64,000 nucleotides of DNA from an uncultured Acidobacteriota bacterium. Lineage in GTDB: Bacteria; Acidobacteriota; JAQAZP01. Below, one piece after another: positions 7,557-17,519 of this stretch (position 1 is the first letter of the stretch; every line of letters starts with the position of its first letter). The stretch is taken from positions 1,984,001 through 2,048,000 of the forward strand of contig CAWIIB010000009.1 of the NCBI GenBank assembly GCA_963836075.1, read 5' to 3'. The notes beneath the pieces were generated by a model. That model saw only the letters and a list, made by a program, of their open reading frames with translations. It made no database searches and was not told where the DNA came from. A program made the position numbers and the translations under genes.

Positions 7557-9748
7557 TGGAGTGTACCTCCGGCAATGGTTCCCCCGTGATTCAGCCCCAG
7601 GTCGACGTAGGCATCGATCTCGGCCCGGTTGACCGCAATCACGGTACCATTGGACATGCGCCAGGTGAGAACCAGGGCCGGTTCGTCGGGGTCTGGTCCC
7701 GGGACGGTGAGTATCTCGTCGATGCCGTCGCCGTGGATGTCGGCGGAGGCCAGCTGGACACCGTAGCGGGTAAAAGCGAAATAGTAGGCGAGGAAGTTCA
7801 CTTCGGGCATGGGTGAGACCGAGACGCCGTCATAGCGCCAGCCGCGCACGTGGGCGCCGAACCGATTTGACGGCCCCGGTCCGGTGAGGATCTCGTCCCT
7901 GCCGTCTCCATCCAGGTCGCCGCAGGCCACGTTGACTCCCCACCTGTTGGTTCCGTAGGCGAAATAGCTGACGCCGGGGAGCGGTTGGGCCGCAGCACCG
8001 TCCACGTTCCAGCCGCGCACGTGGGGCCCGAACACCGTGCCGGGGCCGGCGCCGGTGACGATCTCGTCAAAGCCGTCGCCGTCCAGGTCGCCGCAGGCCA
8101 CGTTGACCCCCCACTTGAGGGTGCCGTAGGCGAAGTAGCTGACACCGGGGATGGACTGAACTGTCGTGCCATCCACGTTCCAGCCGCGGACGTGGGGGCC
8201 GAAGACCGCGCCGGGTCCGGGTCCGGTGACGATTTCATCGTATCCGTCCCCGTCCAGGTCACCGCAGGCCACGTTGGCGCCATATTTGTTTGTGCCGTAG
8301 GCCAGGTAACTCACCCCCGGGACCGGTTCGCCGGTGGGGCTGAACCCGCGGACGTGGGGGCCGAAGATGGCTCCGGGGCCCGGTCCGGTGACGATCTCGT
8401 CAAAGCCGTCGCCGTCCAGGTCGCCGCAGGCCACGTTGACCCCCCAGGCCTGGACACCATACGCATGAAAATGACCCTGCATGTCGCCGAATTCCACCGG
8501 GTCGAAGGTCCGGACCAGGGGCGGGTTCTCCGCCCCGGGACCGGGTCCGGTGACGATCATCTCCGCCGGCAGGCCCAGGGCGTCGTAGTAGGCGCCCAGG
8601 AACTCGTCCCAGGCGGTGTCGTCGGCAAAATCGAGCTGCACCGATTCATAGGCCGGGTCGTAGAGCGGCCCGCCACGGTGATAATAGACAGAGAGCCCAT
8701 GGGCCCGCGCATGGATTGGCCCGTGGCACTCGGCCACCACGGCGTCGTCGATGGCCGCTTGAACGCTCTCCAGGTCCTGGAGGATCACCGGGTCGCTGGT
8801 CAGGCCGGCGAGCTGATCGCAGTAATCGTGGAGATCCACCATGCCGAGGTGGTCCGCATACTCCTCCCCCATTTCGTGCGACTGGTTGCGGGCCAGCCGG
8901 AGCTCATCGGTGAGTGAACCGAGGCGGGGGATCAGGTCCTGCCCCAGTCTGTCCACGGCCGTGGCAGCCACGGTGGTGGCGCTGGTGTTGACGGCGCTCA
9001 TGGTCAGGCGACGGTGGTCCTCCCAGTAGTCGTTTTCATCCACCAGCCGAATGATGTCCGCCCCGATGCTTGCTGACGAGTCATCCGGGGAGGAAATGAG
9101 CCGGTCACAGATATCGCCCATGATCTCCAGCCAGTAGATGTAGCCGCTCAACTCTTCGCTGCCCACGTAGATGTCGACGCAGTCCCGCAGCTCGTACGCC
9201 GATTCGATGGCGCCCATGTTGCACGGCGCGGTGAAGCAGATCAGGTCCACCCCCCCGGCCGCGGTGAGTGCCAGCTTGAAGTCGTTCATCGAAAGTTTGT
9301 CGTCGCCGTCGGTGTGGTCGCGGCACGCCCCGGACCAGCCTCCGCCGTGACCGTAGGCGGCCAGCAGATGGCGGTCGGCAGGATAGTGTGTCTTGCCCCA
9401 TTCGAGGAAGGAGAGCAGGGTGTCGGGGTGGCCCATGTTCACCTCGCCCCAGTCCTCGAGGTGGGTCAGTTCGTGATTCTGGCCGACGTGCCACAGGTCA
9501 GCCGGTCCCGCATCCCGGTCCCGCAGGACGATCACGTTGAGGTTCGGCCCTGAGTGGGCGTCCAGGGCAAAGGGCTCCAGCGGATCGAAGGCGCTCTCAA
9601 AATCGGCGTTGTCGTAGAAAAAGAGTGTCCAGGTGGTGCCGCCGGGGGATGGTTCAGACGCCGCAGCGGGAGCGCAGACAAGCAGGGCCAGAACCAGGAC
9701 GGCGGTGAGATTCATCCGGCTCAGAAAGCGCGGGGTAAAACGTAGCAT
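7553..9748 (-). CDS. Clostripain (C11)-like cysteine peptidase plus CTD-B (six GPGP/FG-GAP-like repeats)
   Basis: Signal peptide; WTLFFYDNAD, EVNMG, GHGGGW (His) and FTAPCNMG (Cys); DxDGDGxDEI repeats at the C-terminus. Confidence 0.9.
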   Translation of the reverse strand: MLRFTPRFLSRMNLTAVLVLALLVCAPAAASEPSPGGTTWTLFFYDNADFESAFDPLEPFALDAHSGPNLNVIVLRDRDAGPADLWHVGQNHELTHLEDWGEVNMGHPDTLLSFLEWGKTHYPADRHLLAAYGHGGGWSGACRDHTDGDDKLSMNDFKLALTAAGGVDLICFTAPCNMGAIESAYELRDCVDIYVGSEELSGYIYWLEIMGDICDRLISSPDDSSASIGADIIRLVDENDYWEDHRRLTMSAVNTSATTVAATAVDRLGQDLIPRLGSLTDELRLARNQSHEMGEEYADHLGMVDLHDYCDQLAGLTSDPVILQDLESVQAAIDDAVVAECHGPIHARAHGLSVYYHRGGPLYDPAYESVQLDFADDTAWDEFLGAYYDALGLPAEMIVTGPGPGAENPPLVRTFDPVEFGDMQGHFHAYGVQAWGVNVACGDLDGDGFDEIVTGPGPGAIFGPHVRGFSPTGEPVPGVSYLAYGTNKYGANVACGDLDGDGYDEIVTGPGPGAVFGPHVRGWNVDGTTVQSIPGVSYFAYGTLKWGVNVACGDLDGDGFDEIVTGAGPGTVFGPHVRGWNVDGAAAQPLPGVSYFAYGTNRWGVNVACGDLDGDGRDEILTGPGPSNRFGAHVRGWRYDGVSVSPMPEVNFLAYYFAFTRYGVQLASADIHGDGIDEILTVPGPDPDEPALVLTWRMSNGTVIAVNRAEIDAYVDLGLNHGGTIAGGTLQ

Positions 9749-9823
9749 GGCGATTCCCCCATCATTTTGTACGTTCTACCACAGGGAAACGGCTGCTGCT
9801 GGAAAAAGATCATAAAAAAGTGA

Positions 9824-10828
9824 TTAAACGCGCGGATCGAGGGACGAACCGGGATCGATGCCCAGGGCATCGGCAATGTCCTTCCAGGAGGTGACCAGCA
9901 CTGGGCAGCGCTTGACCTCACCCTCCGCGCCCACGGCATGACAGGTGAACAGGCCGTTGGGGAAGCGGTGGTCGAGGCCCACGCCGCTGACAGCGATGCC
10001 GTCGGTGTGCACTGCCCCTTCGATGGCGAATGCACCGATAAACTCGAACCCATCCCCAAAGCGGTAGACGTGGAAGTTGTCCACCCCCTGGTTGGAGACC
10101 AGCAGGTAGCCCTCACGGTCCGAGAGTGGCAGCACGGCCATCCCCTCCACGTCGGCGGCCAGGCCGTTTTCGCCCACCCGGGCCACCAGCTCCCCCGGTG
10201 CCGGGTCTTGCGGTTCACCGCTCAGGGCCCAGACCCCGAGCTTTTCCTCGGCGACGAAGAGGGTGGCTGAGGCATCGTGGGCCGCCACCCCCTCGCACTG
10301 GCCGATCTGCCAGCGGCGGGCCGGTTCTCCCTGAATGGTGCCGTCGCCGCCGTCATACAGTTCCAGCTGCTCAACCACACCGTCGTCCTTGAAGGTTTTG
10401 ACATAATAGAGTCGGCCGTCCTTTGGGCTCCTGAACAGGCCGCCGCCATACCCCGGCTCGGTGACGATGGAGCCATCGTCCACCCGGCGCAGGGAGCTGT
10501 CTGCCGGGTCCACCACGTAGACCCTGATCAAGCTTCCGTCCCGCCGCTGGTTGAAGACCACCAGGTCCACGGTCTTCCCGCCCAGCAGGACGTTGTATCG
10601 GAGATCGATATTGCCCGGTTTGGGCGTGGCCACCGACTGCACCGTTTCACCGTGGAGGTCATAGACAAAGAGTTGTCCCGCTTTCTTGTCCGAGGCGATG
10701 ATCCGGCTCAGGGAACGATCCGCGGGGTGGATCCAGATGCACATGTCGTCCTGGTCCCGGGCCTGGTCGTCCAGCAGACGGAGCACCGGTTTTATTCTGG
10801 GGATGGCTTCAGCGGCGTTTTCGTTCAT
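9824..10828 (-). CDS. Beta-propeller phytase-like protein
   Basis: DDMCIWIHP, DKK, NIDLR, EGV, ADVEG, LLVSNQG and TDG motifs of Bacillus-type phytases; GAGG upstream of ATG 10828. Confidence 0.85.
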   Translation of the reverse strand: MNENAAEAIPRIKPVLRLLDDQARDQDDMCIWIHPADRSLSRIIASDKKAGQLFVYDLHGETVQSVATPKPGNIDLRYNVLLGGKTVDLVVFNQRRDGSLIRVYVVDPADSSLRRVDDGSIVTEPGYGGGLFRSPKDGRLYYVKTFKDDGVVEQLELYDGGDGTIQGEPARRWQIGQCEGVAAHDASATLFVAEEKLGVWALSGEPQDPAPGELVARVGENGLAADVEGMAVLPLSDREGYLLVSNQGVDNFHVYRFGDGFEFIGAFAIEGAVHTDGIAVSGVGLDHRFPNGLFTCHAVGAEGEVKRCPVLVTSWKDIADALGIDPGSSLDPRV

Positions 10829-10916
10829 TTTCTGACCTCGGTGAATGCCTGATCCTTGCGGTGGCCGATATTTGCTTTTACCATAGCTTTGAACAGCCGC
10901 AAAGCAGGAGCAGCGC

Positions 10917-11606
10917 ATGCCGGAACAGCTTGTGGGAATCATCAGCGACAGCGGGTTCGTGCTCTACGACGACTCGCCGGGCAAACTGGCCAACCATGAA
11001 GCGGTATGCCGGCAGTACGAGATCGACTACGATGACTTCGTCCGGCGTCTCGGTCCGTACCGCCGCCGGGCCCAGCGTGATCCGGCCTATTCCGGCGAGG
11101 ACGCCCTGCGCGACCTCTCGCGGGAGCTGGGCATCGATGCCGAGGAGGTGCTTGCCGTCCGCCGCTCCCTCAAGTCCCCGCGGGTGCTGCGGGACGGGGT
11201 GCGGGAGACCCTGGCCGAACTGAAGCGGCGCGAGATCCCGTTCGTCATCCTCTCCGACACCTACCGTACCGCCGACCAGTTGCGAAAGAAATATGAAATC
11301 GACCTCGGCCTGGTCGACATGGTCACCGGGTTCATCACTTCCAAGGACCTGGAACTGCGCAAACCCGACCCCGGTATGTACGAGGCGGCGTACCGCGAGG
11401 TGGTTGCCGCGCTGCCCGGCCCGGCCCCCGGCCCCGGCAAGGTGGCCTTCCTCGGCCATGATCTCGACGAACTGGAGGGAGCCCACCGCTATGGCCTCCG
11501 ACCCCTGGCGGTCTACTTTCTCGGTGCGCGGGAAGAGATTTCATTCATCCCCGATCAGGACATCCTGCCCGGTTTCTCGGCGTTGCCGGGGTTGGTCAGC
11601 GAATAA
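10917..11606 (+). CDS. HAD superfamily hydrolase
   Basis: DSGFVLYD motif I variant, ILSD, KPDP and GHDLDEL motifs. Confidence 0.75.
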   Translation: MPEQLVGIISDSGFVLYDDSPGKLANHEAVCRQYEIDYDDFVRRLGPYRRRAQRDPAYSGEDALRDLSRELGIDAEEVLAVRRSLKSPRVLRDGVRETLAELKRREIPFVILSDTYRTADQLRKKYEIDLGLVDMVTGFITSKDLELRKPDPGMYEAAYREVVAALPGPAPGPGKVAFLGHDLDELEGAHRYGLRPLAVYFLGAREEISFIPDQDILPGFSALPGLVSE

Positions 11607-11704
11607 CCATCTTGATAGCCATCCCGGGAGAGCATATCCATGGAGTAGGCATTCCCGCCGCGGGTCGACCGTTTGGGGCCCAGACCTCACCAAAGGAGTG
11701 AACC

Positions 11705-14575
11705 GTGAAACTGCTCAGATACAGCTTGCTGGCTCCTGCTCTGTTGATCGTGGCCCTGCTGGCCGGACCGGGTGATCTCCTTCAGGAGATGGCCGCCGGC
11801 GAGCACCGGCTGACCGAAGTCCAGCGGGAAGCGACCCTCCTGGCGCTGGAAGAAAAGCGGGCCCGGCTGGAAGCGCGGAAACTGAAACCGATGGACCAGC
11901 CGCAGGAAGCGGCGGAGTTCTTCCTCCAGCAGCGGTTGGAGCCGGGGCAGGACAAACTGCCGGTGGGGCGGATGCGGGCGGAGCTGGAGGGGATCAAAGC
12001 TCGTGAAGCGGCACTGGCTGGTGAGGACCGGGAAAGGGGACCGGGCGGCATCTCCAGCTGGCAGTCCATCGGGCCGGGCAACATCGGCGGCCGCACCCGC
12101 TCCATCGTCATCGACCCGGACACCCCCGACACGATGTACGCGGGCGGGGTGGCCGGCGGGATCTGGAAGTCCACCGATGCCGGGGCCAGCTGGAACGCGG
12201 CCGACGACCTGATGCTCAACCTCAGGGTCTGCGCCCTGGCCATCGACCCCACCAATACCAGTGTGCTCTATGCCGGCACCGGTGAGGGTGTGTTCAGCGG
12301 CAGTGGCACCGGAGGCCTGGGCATCTTCAAGTCCACGGATGCCGGGGCCAGCTGGAACCAGTTGGCCGGGACGGTGAGCGGCGTGCCCGAGGGTGCGTTC
12401 AATTTTGTCAACGAGATCGTGATCAGTCCCAATGACTCCAGCCGCCTCTACGCCGCCACCCGCACCGGGGTCTGGCGCAGCACCGATGCCGGGGAGAACT
12501 GGTCCCACCTGCTGGGCAACCCGCGGCATCTCTCGGGCCCGTACAACTCCAACGGGTGTGTGGTGGGCTGCAGCGACCTGGCCGTGCGCAGCGACCGCAA
12601 CCCGGACACGCTCTTTTCCGCCTTCGGCATCTACGAGTCGGACGGGCTCTACCTCTCCGAGGACGGCGGCGACTCCTGGATCGGTTACACCACCGGGCCG
12701 GAGCAGGGCCGGATGGAGATCGCCATCGCGCCGAGCAACAACGACGTGATCTACCTCACCATGGCCGACAACGGCACCGCTGTCCAACTGGGGCGGCTGA
12801 TCAGTGTCTTCCGCGCCGACGACGGCCTGAACTTCAGCGCGGTACTCGACCTGGAACACCCCTTCAGCCCCTGGCTGTTCAGTTACCTGGCCATCGCCAC
12901 CGGCTGCTACGAGCACCCGACAATTTACTCCCAGGGATGGCACGACAATGTCATTGCGGTGGATCCGATCAACCCGGAGATCGTCTGGGTGGGCGGTATC
13001 GACCTGTTCCGTTCAGATGACGGCGGCCAGACCTTTGGCCTGGCCAGCTACTGGTTCTACTTCCTCTGGGATCCCCAGCCCGCCACCTATGTGCACGTGG
13101 ACCAGCACGAGATCGTCTTCCATCCCGGATACAACGGCCTCAGCAACCAGATCATGTATGTGGGCAACGACGGCGGCGTGTGGCGCACGGCCAACGCCCG
13201 GGCCGCCACCACCGAGGAGGAGTGCCCCATCGGTCCGGACCCCGGCCCGCCGCCGGAGATCGTCTGGGAGAACATGAACAACGGCTACGGGGTGACCCAG
13301 TTCTACCACGGCGATGCCGCCCTGACAGCCGACCGCTTTGTGGGTGGTGCCCAGGACAATGGTTCGGCCCAGGTGCTGTCTGCCGGGACCCCGGACAGCT
13401 GGGAATACGTGTACAGCGGCGATGGCGGGTACGTGGCCATCGACCCGCGGGACGACCGGCACTACTTCGTCGAGATCCAGGGCTTTCCCACAATCGCCGA
13501 AACCAACAACGGCGGTATCTCATTCAGTCCAGCGGTAAACGGTATCACCGACACCGACGGCATCTTCATCAACCCCTTTGCCATGGACCAGTCCAATCCC
13601 GACGTCATCTGGACCGGCGGCCGCCGCCCCTGGCGCACCATCGATGGCGCCGGCCTGTGGGAGCTGGCCGGGCCCAATTTCAGCGGTGCGGACAGACTTA
13701 CGGCCATCAATATTTCCCCGGCGGACAGCAACGTGGTCTGGTTCGGCTTCAACAACGGTTATGTGGCCCGGACCACCAACGGTCTGGCCGAGAAGCCGGA
13801 CTTCGAGGTCTTTGCCAACGGCCTGCCGGGCGGGTGGATCAGCAGCGTGGCCGCCGACCCGGTGGACACCGAAACGGCTTACTGCACGATCTCCTCATAT
13901 GGCGTGCCCCACGTGATGAAGACCACTGACGGAGGCAGCAACTGGGCCTCCATCGACGGCATCTCGGTCACCGGCGTGCCCGACATCCCGGTGCACTGGA
14001 TCGCCGTCCGTCCCGGCAACCCGCAACAGCTCTACGTGGGCACCGAGTTCGGCGTCTTTGCCAGCGACGATGGCGGGGGAACCTGGTTCCCGGCCAACAC
14101 AGGGCTGGCCCACACCATCGTGGAATCTCTCGACTGGAAGGATCCGGACACTCTGGTGGCCTTCACCCATGGCCGCGGGGCCTACGTCACCCACCTGGAT
14201 AGCATCGCCACCATCGATGCGGCCCTGGTCTGTGAGCCCTCCACCGGCACCCTGCCCTTTGTCACCCAGCTGTGGGTCACCCTGGGCAATCTCTACGCCG
14301 GGCAGACCCGGCGGGTGGCCGCCCGTCTGGATGTGCAACTGGCCGCGGGTGCCTACTTTCCGGGATGGCGCGCGGGATACACCAACATCGGTCCCGGGGG
14401 CAGCTATTTCACCTCCTGGAACCAGAACCTCCCGGCCCTGGGTACACTGGTGGGAGAGAACGTCTTCACCCTGGCTGCCGAGGACGTGACGCCGTCACCC
14501 TACAATCAGCCGCCCTATCCGCCGGCCGGGGATACCTGCACTTCGCAGCAGATTTTCACTGCTCTGGCGCCCTAA
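11705..14575 (+). CDS. Secreted BNR/Asp-box (VPS10/GH74-like) double propeller protein plus CTD-A
   Basis: Signal-like N-terminus; many SxDxGxxW Asp-boxes; GPGNIGGR, HVDQH, GAQDNG and THGRG motifs; terminal 120-aa CTD-A. Confidence 0.88.
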   Translation: MKLLRYSLLAPALLIVALLAGPGDLLQEMAAGEHRLTEVQREATLLALEEKRARLEARKLKPMDQPQEAAEFFLQQRLEPGQDKLPVGRMRAELEGIKAREAALAGEDRERGPGGISSWQSIGPGNIGGRTRSIVIDPDTPDTMYAGGVAGGIWKSTDAGASWNAADDLMLNLRVCALAIDPTNTSVLYAGTGEGVFSGSGTGGLGIFKSTDAGASWNQLAGTVSGVPEGAFNFVNEIVISPNDSSRLYAATRTGVWRSTDAGENWSHLLGNPRHLSGPYNSNGCVVGCSDLAVRSDRNPDTLFSAFGIYESDGLYLSEDGGDSWIGYTTGPEQGRMEIAIAPSNNDVIYLTMADNGTAVQLGRLISVFRADDGLNFSAVLDLEHPFSPWLFSYLAIATGCYEHPTIYSQGWHDNVIAVDPINPEIVWVGGIDLFRSDDGGQTFGLASYWFYFLWDPQPATYVHVDQHEIVFHPGYNGLSNQIMYVGNDGGVWRTANARAATTEEECPIGPDPGPPPEIVWENMNNGYGVTQFYHGDAALTADRFVGGAQDNGSAQVLSAGTPDSWEYVYSGDGGYVAIDPRDDRHYFVEIQGFPTIAETNNGGISFSPAVNGITDTDGIFINPFAMDQSNPDVIWTGGRRPWRTIDGAGLWELAGPNFSGADRLTAINISPADSNVVWFGFNNGYVARTTNGLAEKPDFEVFANGLPGGWISSVAADPVDTETAYCTISSYGVPHVMKTTDGGSNWASIDGISVTGVPDIPVHWIAVRPGNPQQLYVGTEFGVFASDDGGGTWFPANTGLAHTIVESLDWKDPDTLVAFTHGRGAYVTHLDSIATIDAALVCEPSTGTLPFVTQLWVTLGNLYAGQTRRVAARLDVQLAAGAYFPGWRAGYTNIGPGGSYFTSWNQNLPALGTLVGENVFTLAAEDVTPSPYNQPPYPPAGDTCTSQQIFTALAP

Positions 14576-14616
14576 CAGCCAGCGCAGAGCCATGCCGCCG
14601 GGGGGTTCGGATACTC

Positions 14617-14645
14617 TTGACAGCGCCCGGAGGCCGCAGTATATT
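14617..14645 (+). promoter_or_regulatory. Sigma70 promoter for the TrmB-family gene
   Basis: TTGACA (14617-14622), 17-nt spacer, TATATT (14640-14645). Confidence 0.7.
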
Positions 14646-14709
14646 GGCACTTCCCCCGGAGGGGGGGTAGTATCATCGACTTGCTCAAGGGACCATATCA
14701 CCAGGAAAC

Positions 14710-15540
14710 ATGGCTGAAAACGACCTCCTCGGAAGATTGGTGAGCAGCGTCATGAGCGAGCGCCAGGCCAAGGTGTACCTGGCGCTGCTTCAGCGTGGCC
14801 GTGCCACGTCCGCCGAACTCCAGCGCGACTCCGGTATATCCCAAACCAAAATCTACGAAACCGTCCGTTTCCTGGTCAGCCGCGGATTCTGCCGCGAGCA
14901 GAAGATCGGCAACCGGCGGGTCTACGAAGCGGTGGACCCCGGGGCTGCCCTGAAGACTGAAGAGGGCCAGCTCCAGGAGCGGATCAAGGAAATCAGCCTG
15001 CTGGCCGGTGACCTCTCGCACCTCTACTCAGCCGCGGACAAGGCGGCCACCCCCATCGAGTTTATCGAGCTTCTCAACGGCACGGAGAGCATCCACCGCC
15101 ACTACTGTGACCTGGTGCGCGGCTCCAGCGGGGAGCTGCTCGGTTTCGGGCGGCCGCCCTACGCCTGCAACACCAACTCCAAGGTCAAGGAACAGCTGCG
15201 GGCCTACAAACGGTTCATCAACGGCAAGGGCAGCTCGCGCTGGGTCTTTGAAATCGACATTCCGGAGAACAAGGTGGCGGTGTCCGCGGTGCAGCAGATG
15301 CACGACCTGGGCATCGACATCTGCGTTTCCGCGTCCCTGCCGTTAAAGATGATGGTCTTCGACAGCAGCACGGTGCTCTTTGCCCAGGAGGGTTCGCTGA
15401 TGAAGCCGGGCGAGCTGACCATGGCCAGCATCCGCAACGGCGCCATCGCCAACGCCTTTTCGGCACTGTTCGAGTATTTCTGGCAAACCTCCATTCCCTA
15501 CGAGGAGTGGTTGAAGAGGGCGCCCCAGGAGGGGCATTAG
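14710..15540 (+). CDS. TrmB family transcriptional regulator
   Basis: AKVYLALL…SGISQTKIYETV..LVSRG winged HTH, coiled coil, and PLD-like effector domain (KMMVFD). Confidence 0.88.
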   Translation: MAENDLLGRLVSSVMSERQAKVYLALLQRGRATSAELQRDSGISQTKIYETVRFLVSRGFCREQKIGNRRVYEAVDPGAALKTEEGQLQERIKEISLLAGDLSHLYSAADKAATPIEFIELLNGTESIHRHYCDLVRGSSGELLGFGRPPYACNTNSKVKEQLRAYKRFINGKGSSRWVFEIDIPENKVAVSAVQQMHDLGIDICVSASLPLKMMVFDSSTVLFAQEGSLMKPGELTMASIRNGAIANAFSALFEYFWQTSIPYEEWLKRAPQEGH

Positions 15541-15661
15541 AGGCGAAAATCGTGACACCTGATCTCCTGCGGTGGGGGACCGGTGAGTAAATGGTTCCGC
15601 CGCGAGTTTCTTAACCTGCGACACCGCGAGAGTGCGGTGCGCGAAAAGAGGAGGGAATCGA

Positions 15662-17410
15662 ATGGCAAGGTGGCTGTGCATCAAGCTGCCGTCGGTGATT
15701 CTCCTGTCCCTGCTGCTGGTGGTTGCCTCGGTGTTTTCCGGGGCAGCATTTGCGGCGGAGGATCTGGAGATCATCCAGGCGGTGAAGAACGGTACCCCCG
15801 TTTCGGGGGGCAATCGGGTGGTCATGGGCGAGGTGTTCGCCCGCGACGGCTGAGCGTACTGTCCCTCTGCGGAGCAGGGGATGATAGACCTCTTGGCCAA
15901 CTTCGGTGACGACGAATTCGTCTGTGTCATGTACTACTCCACCAGCGGCTGGTCCTGCCCGGAGCACGGCGACCGTGCCGGTCTCTACGGTGTGAGCGGT
16001 GTGCCCGACGCTTATTTCAGCGGTTATCTTAACTCTCTCGGCGGGCTGCCCAGTGGCTCGATGTATGACTACTACCTGCCCCTGGTGAACCAGGTCATGG
16101 CCAATCCCGGTATGTTGGCAATGTCACTGGACATGACCATCGATGCCGGTACCATCACCGTCAACGGCACCATCGAGGCCCTGGAAAACGCCCCCGATGC
16201 CCTCGTCTACGTCGTGGTCTACGAAGAGGACTCGGGCCGTGAGCCGAACCTGGCCCGTGGCTTCCCGGTGTGGGAGACCATGCTCACCGCCACCACCACC
16301 GGCGCGACCCAGGACATCAGCGGCACCCTGGCCGTGGGCACCGGCTGGAACGAGGCCAACCTCCACGCCATCATGTTTGTCCAGGCCCTGCAGGACTTCA
16401 CGGCCACCCGGATCGTCACCGGTCCCGGCCCCGGCCCGGACAACGTCTGCCGCCTGGCCGCCTGGGTCCCGGAGAATCCAGGCACTGCCGACGTGACCAT
16501 CAACGCATACGGCGTGGACAAATACGGCGTCAACGTGGCCGTGGGCGACCTCACCGGCGATGGCTTTGACGAATTCCTCACCGGTCCCGGACCGGGCGCG
16601 GTCTTCGGCCCGCAGGTGCGCGGTTTCAACTACGAAGGCGACCAGCTCCCCGGCCTCAGCTATTTTGCCTATGGCACCCTGAAATACGGGGTCAACGTGG
16701 CTGCCGGCGACTTGGACAATGACGGTGTGGCCGAGATCCTCACCGGCGCCGGACCGGGCGCGGTCTTCGGCCCCCACGTTCGCGCCTGGAAGTACAACGG
16801 CAGTGAGGTGAGTTCCATGCCGGGGATCAGTTACTTCGCCTACGGCACACCAAAGTATGGTGTAAACGTGGTCTGCGGTGACATCGACGGCGACGGTTTT
16901 GACGAGATCATCACCGGTGCCGGACCGGGCGCGGTCTACGGCCCGCACGTGCGCGGCTGGAACTACGACAATGACACCCTCACCTCGATTCCCAGTGTGA
17001 GCTTCCTGGCTTACAACACCAACAAGTTCGGCGTAAACGTGGCCTGCGGTGACATCGACGGTGACGGGATGGACGAGTTGATCACCGGTGCCGGCCCCGG
17101 CGCGGTCTTCGGGCCGCACCTCCGTGGCTGGAACATCGACGGCGGTACGGTCACGGCCATTTCCGGAATCAACACCATGGCCTTCGACTACACCGAGTGG
17201 GGTATCAATGTTGGTTGTGGAGACGTGGACCGTGACGGCATGGACGAGATCTTTGTCGGTGCCGGTCCCGGCGAGGCCCACGACGCCTGGGTCCGCGGCT
17301 TCAACTATGACGGCGGCACGCTGGAGATGGTGTATGACTTCACCGCCTACGGCGCCCCGGTCATCACCCACGGTGTCAACGTGACCTGTGGCTACTTCTT
17401 CGCCCCGTAA
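15662..17410 (+). CDS. Secreted Omp28/thioredoxin-like selenoprotein (UxxC) plus CTD-B
   Basis: ORFs 15632-15853 and 15881-17410 share a frame; TGA 15851-15853 reads VVMGEVFARDG-U-AYCP; signal peptide in the first half; YGVSGVP cis-Pro loop; SECIS-like hairpin follows the TGA. Confidence 0.85.
15862..15881 (+). promoter_or_regulatory. Candidate bacterial SECIS element
   Basis: TCCC(T)CTGC-GGA-GCAGGGGA hairpin with a bulged U and a G-first apical loop 17 nt after the UGA. Confidence 0.7.
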
Positions 17411-17445
17411 CGTAAACGTCGTCGGTACTGCTACCGGCTAACCAG

Positions 17446-17483
17446 CGGCGGGTGGGCCCCTTCGGGTCCACCCGCCGTTTTTT
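17446..17483 (+). terminator. Intrinsic terminator
   Basis: CGGCGGGTGGGCCC-loop-GGGTCCACCCGCCG followed by T6. Confidence 0.85.
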
Positions 17484-17519
17484 CTGAAGGCAATCGCTGC
17501 CTGTCGCCATTTTCTGCAC

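Noticed and set aside
15881-17410. Stand-alone 509-aa ORF starting at ATG 15881, plus a separate 73-aa ORF
   Set aside because: Better explained as one Sec-containing gene starting at 15662; the downstream ORF alone lacks a signal peptide and redox motif.
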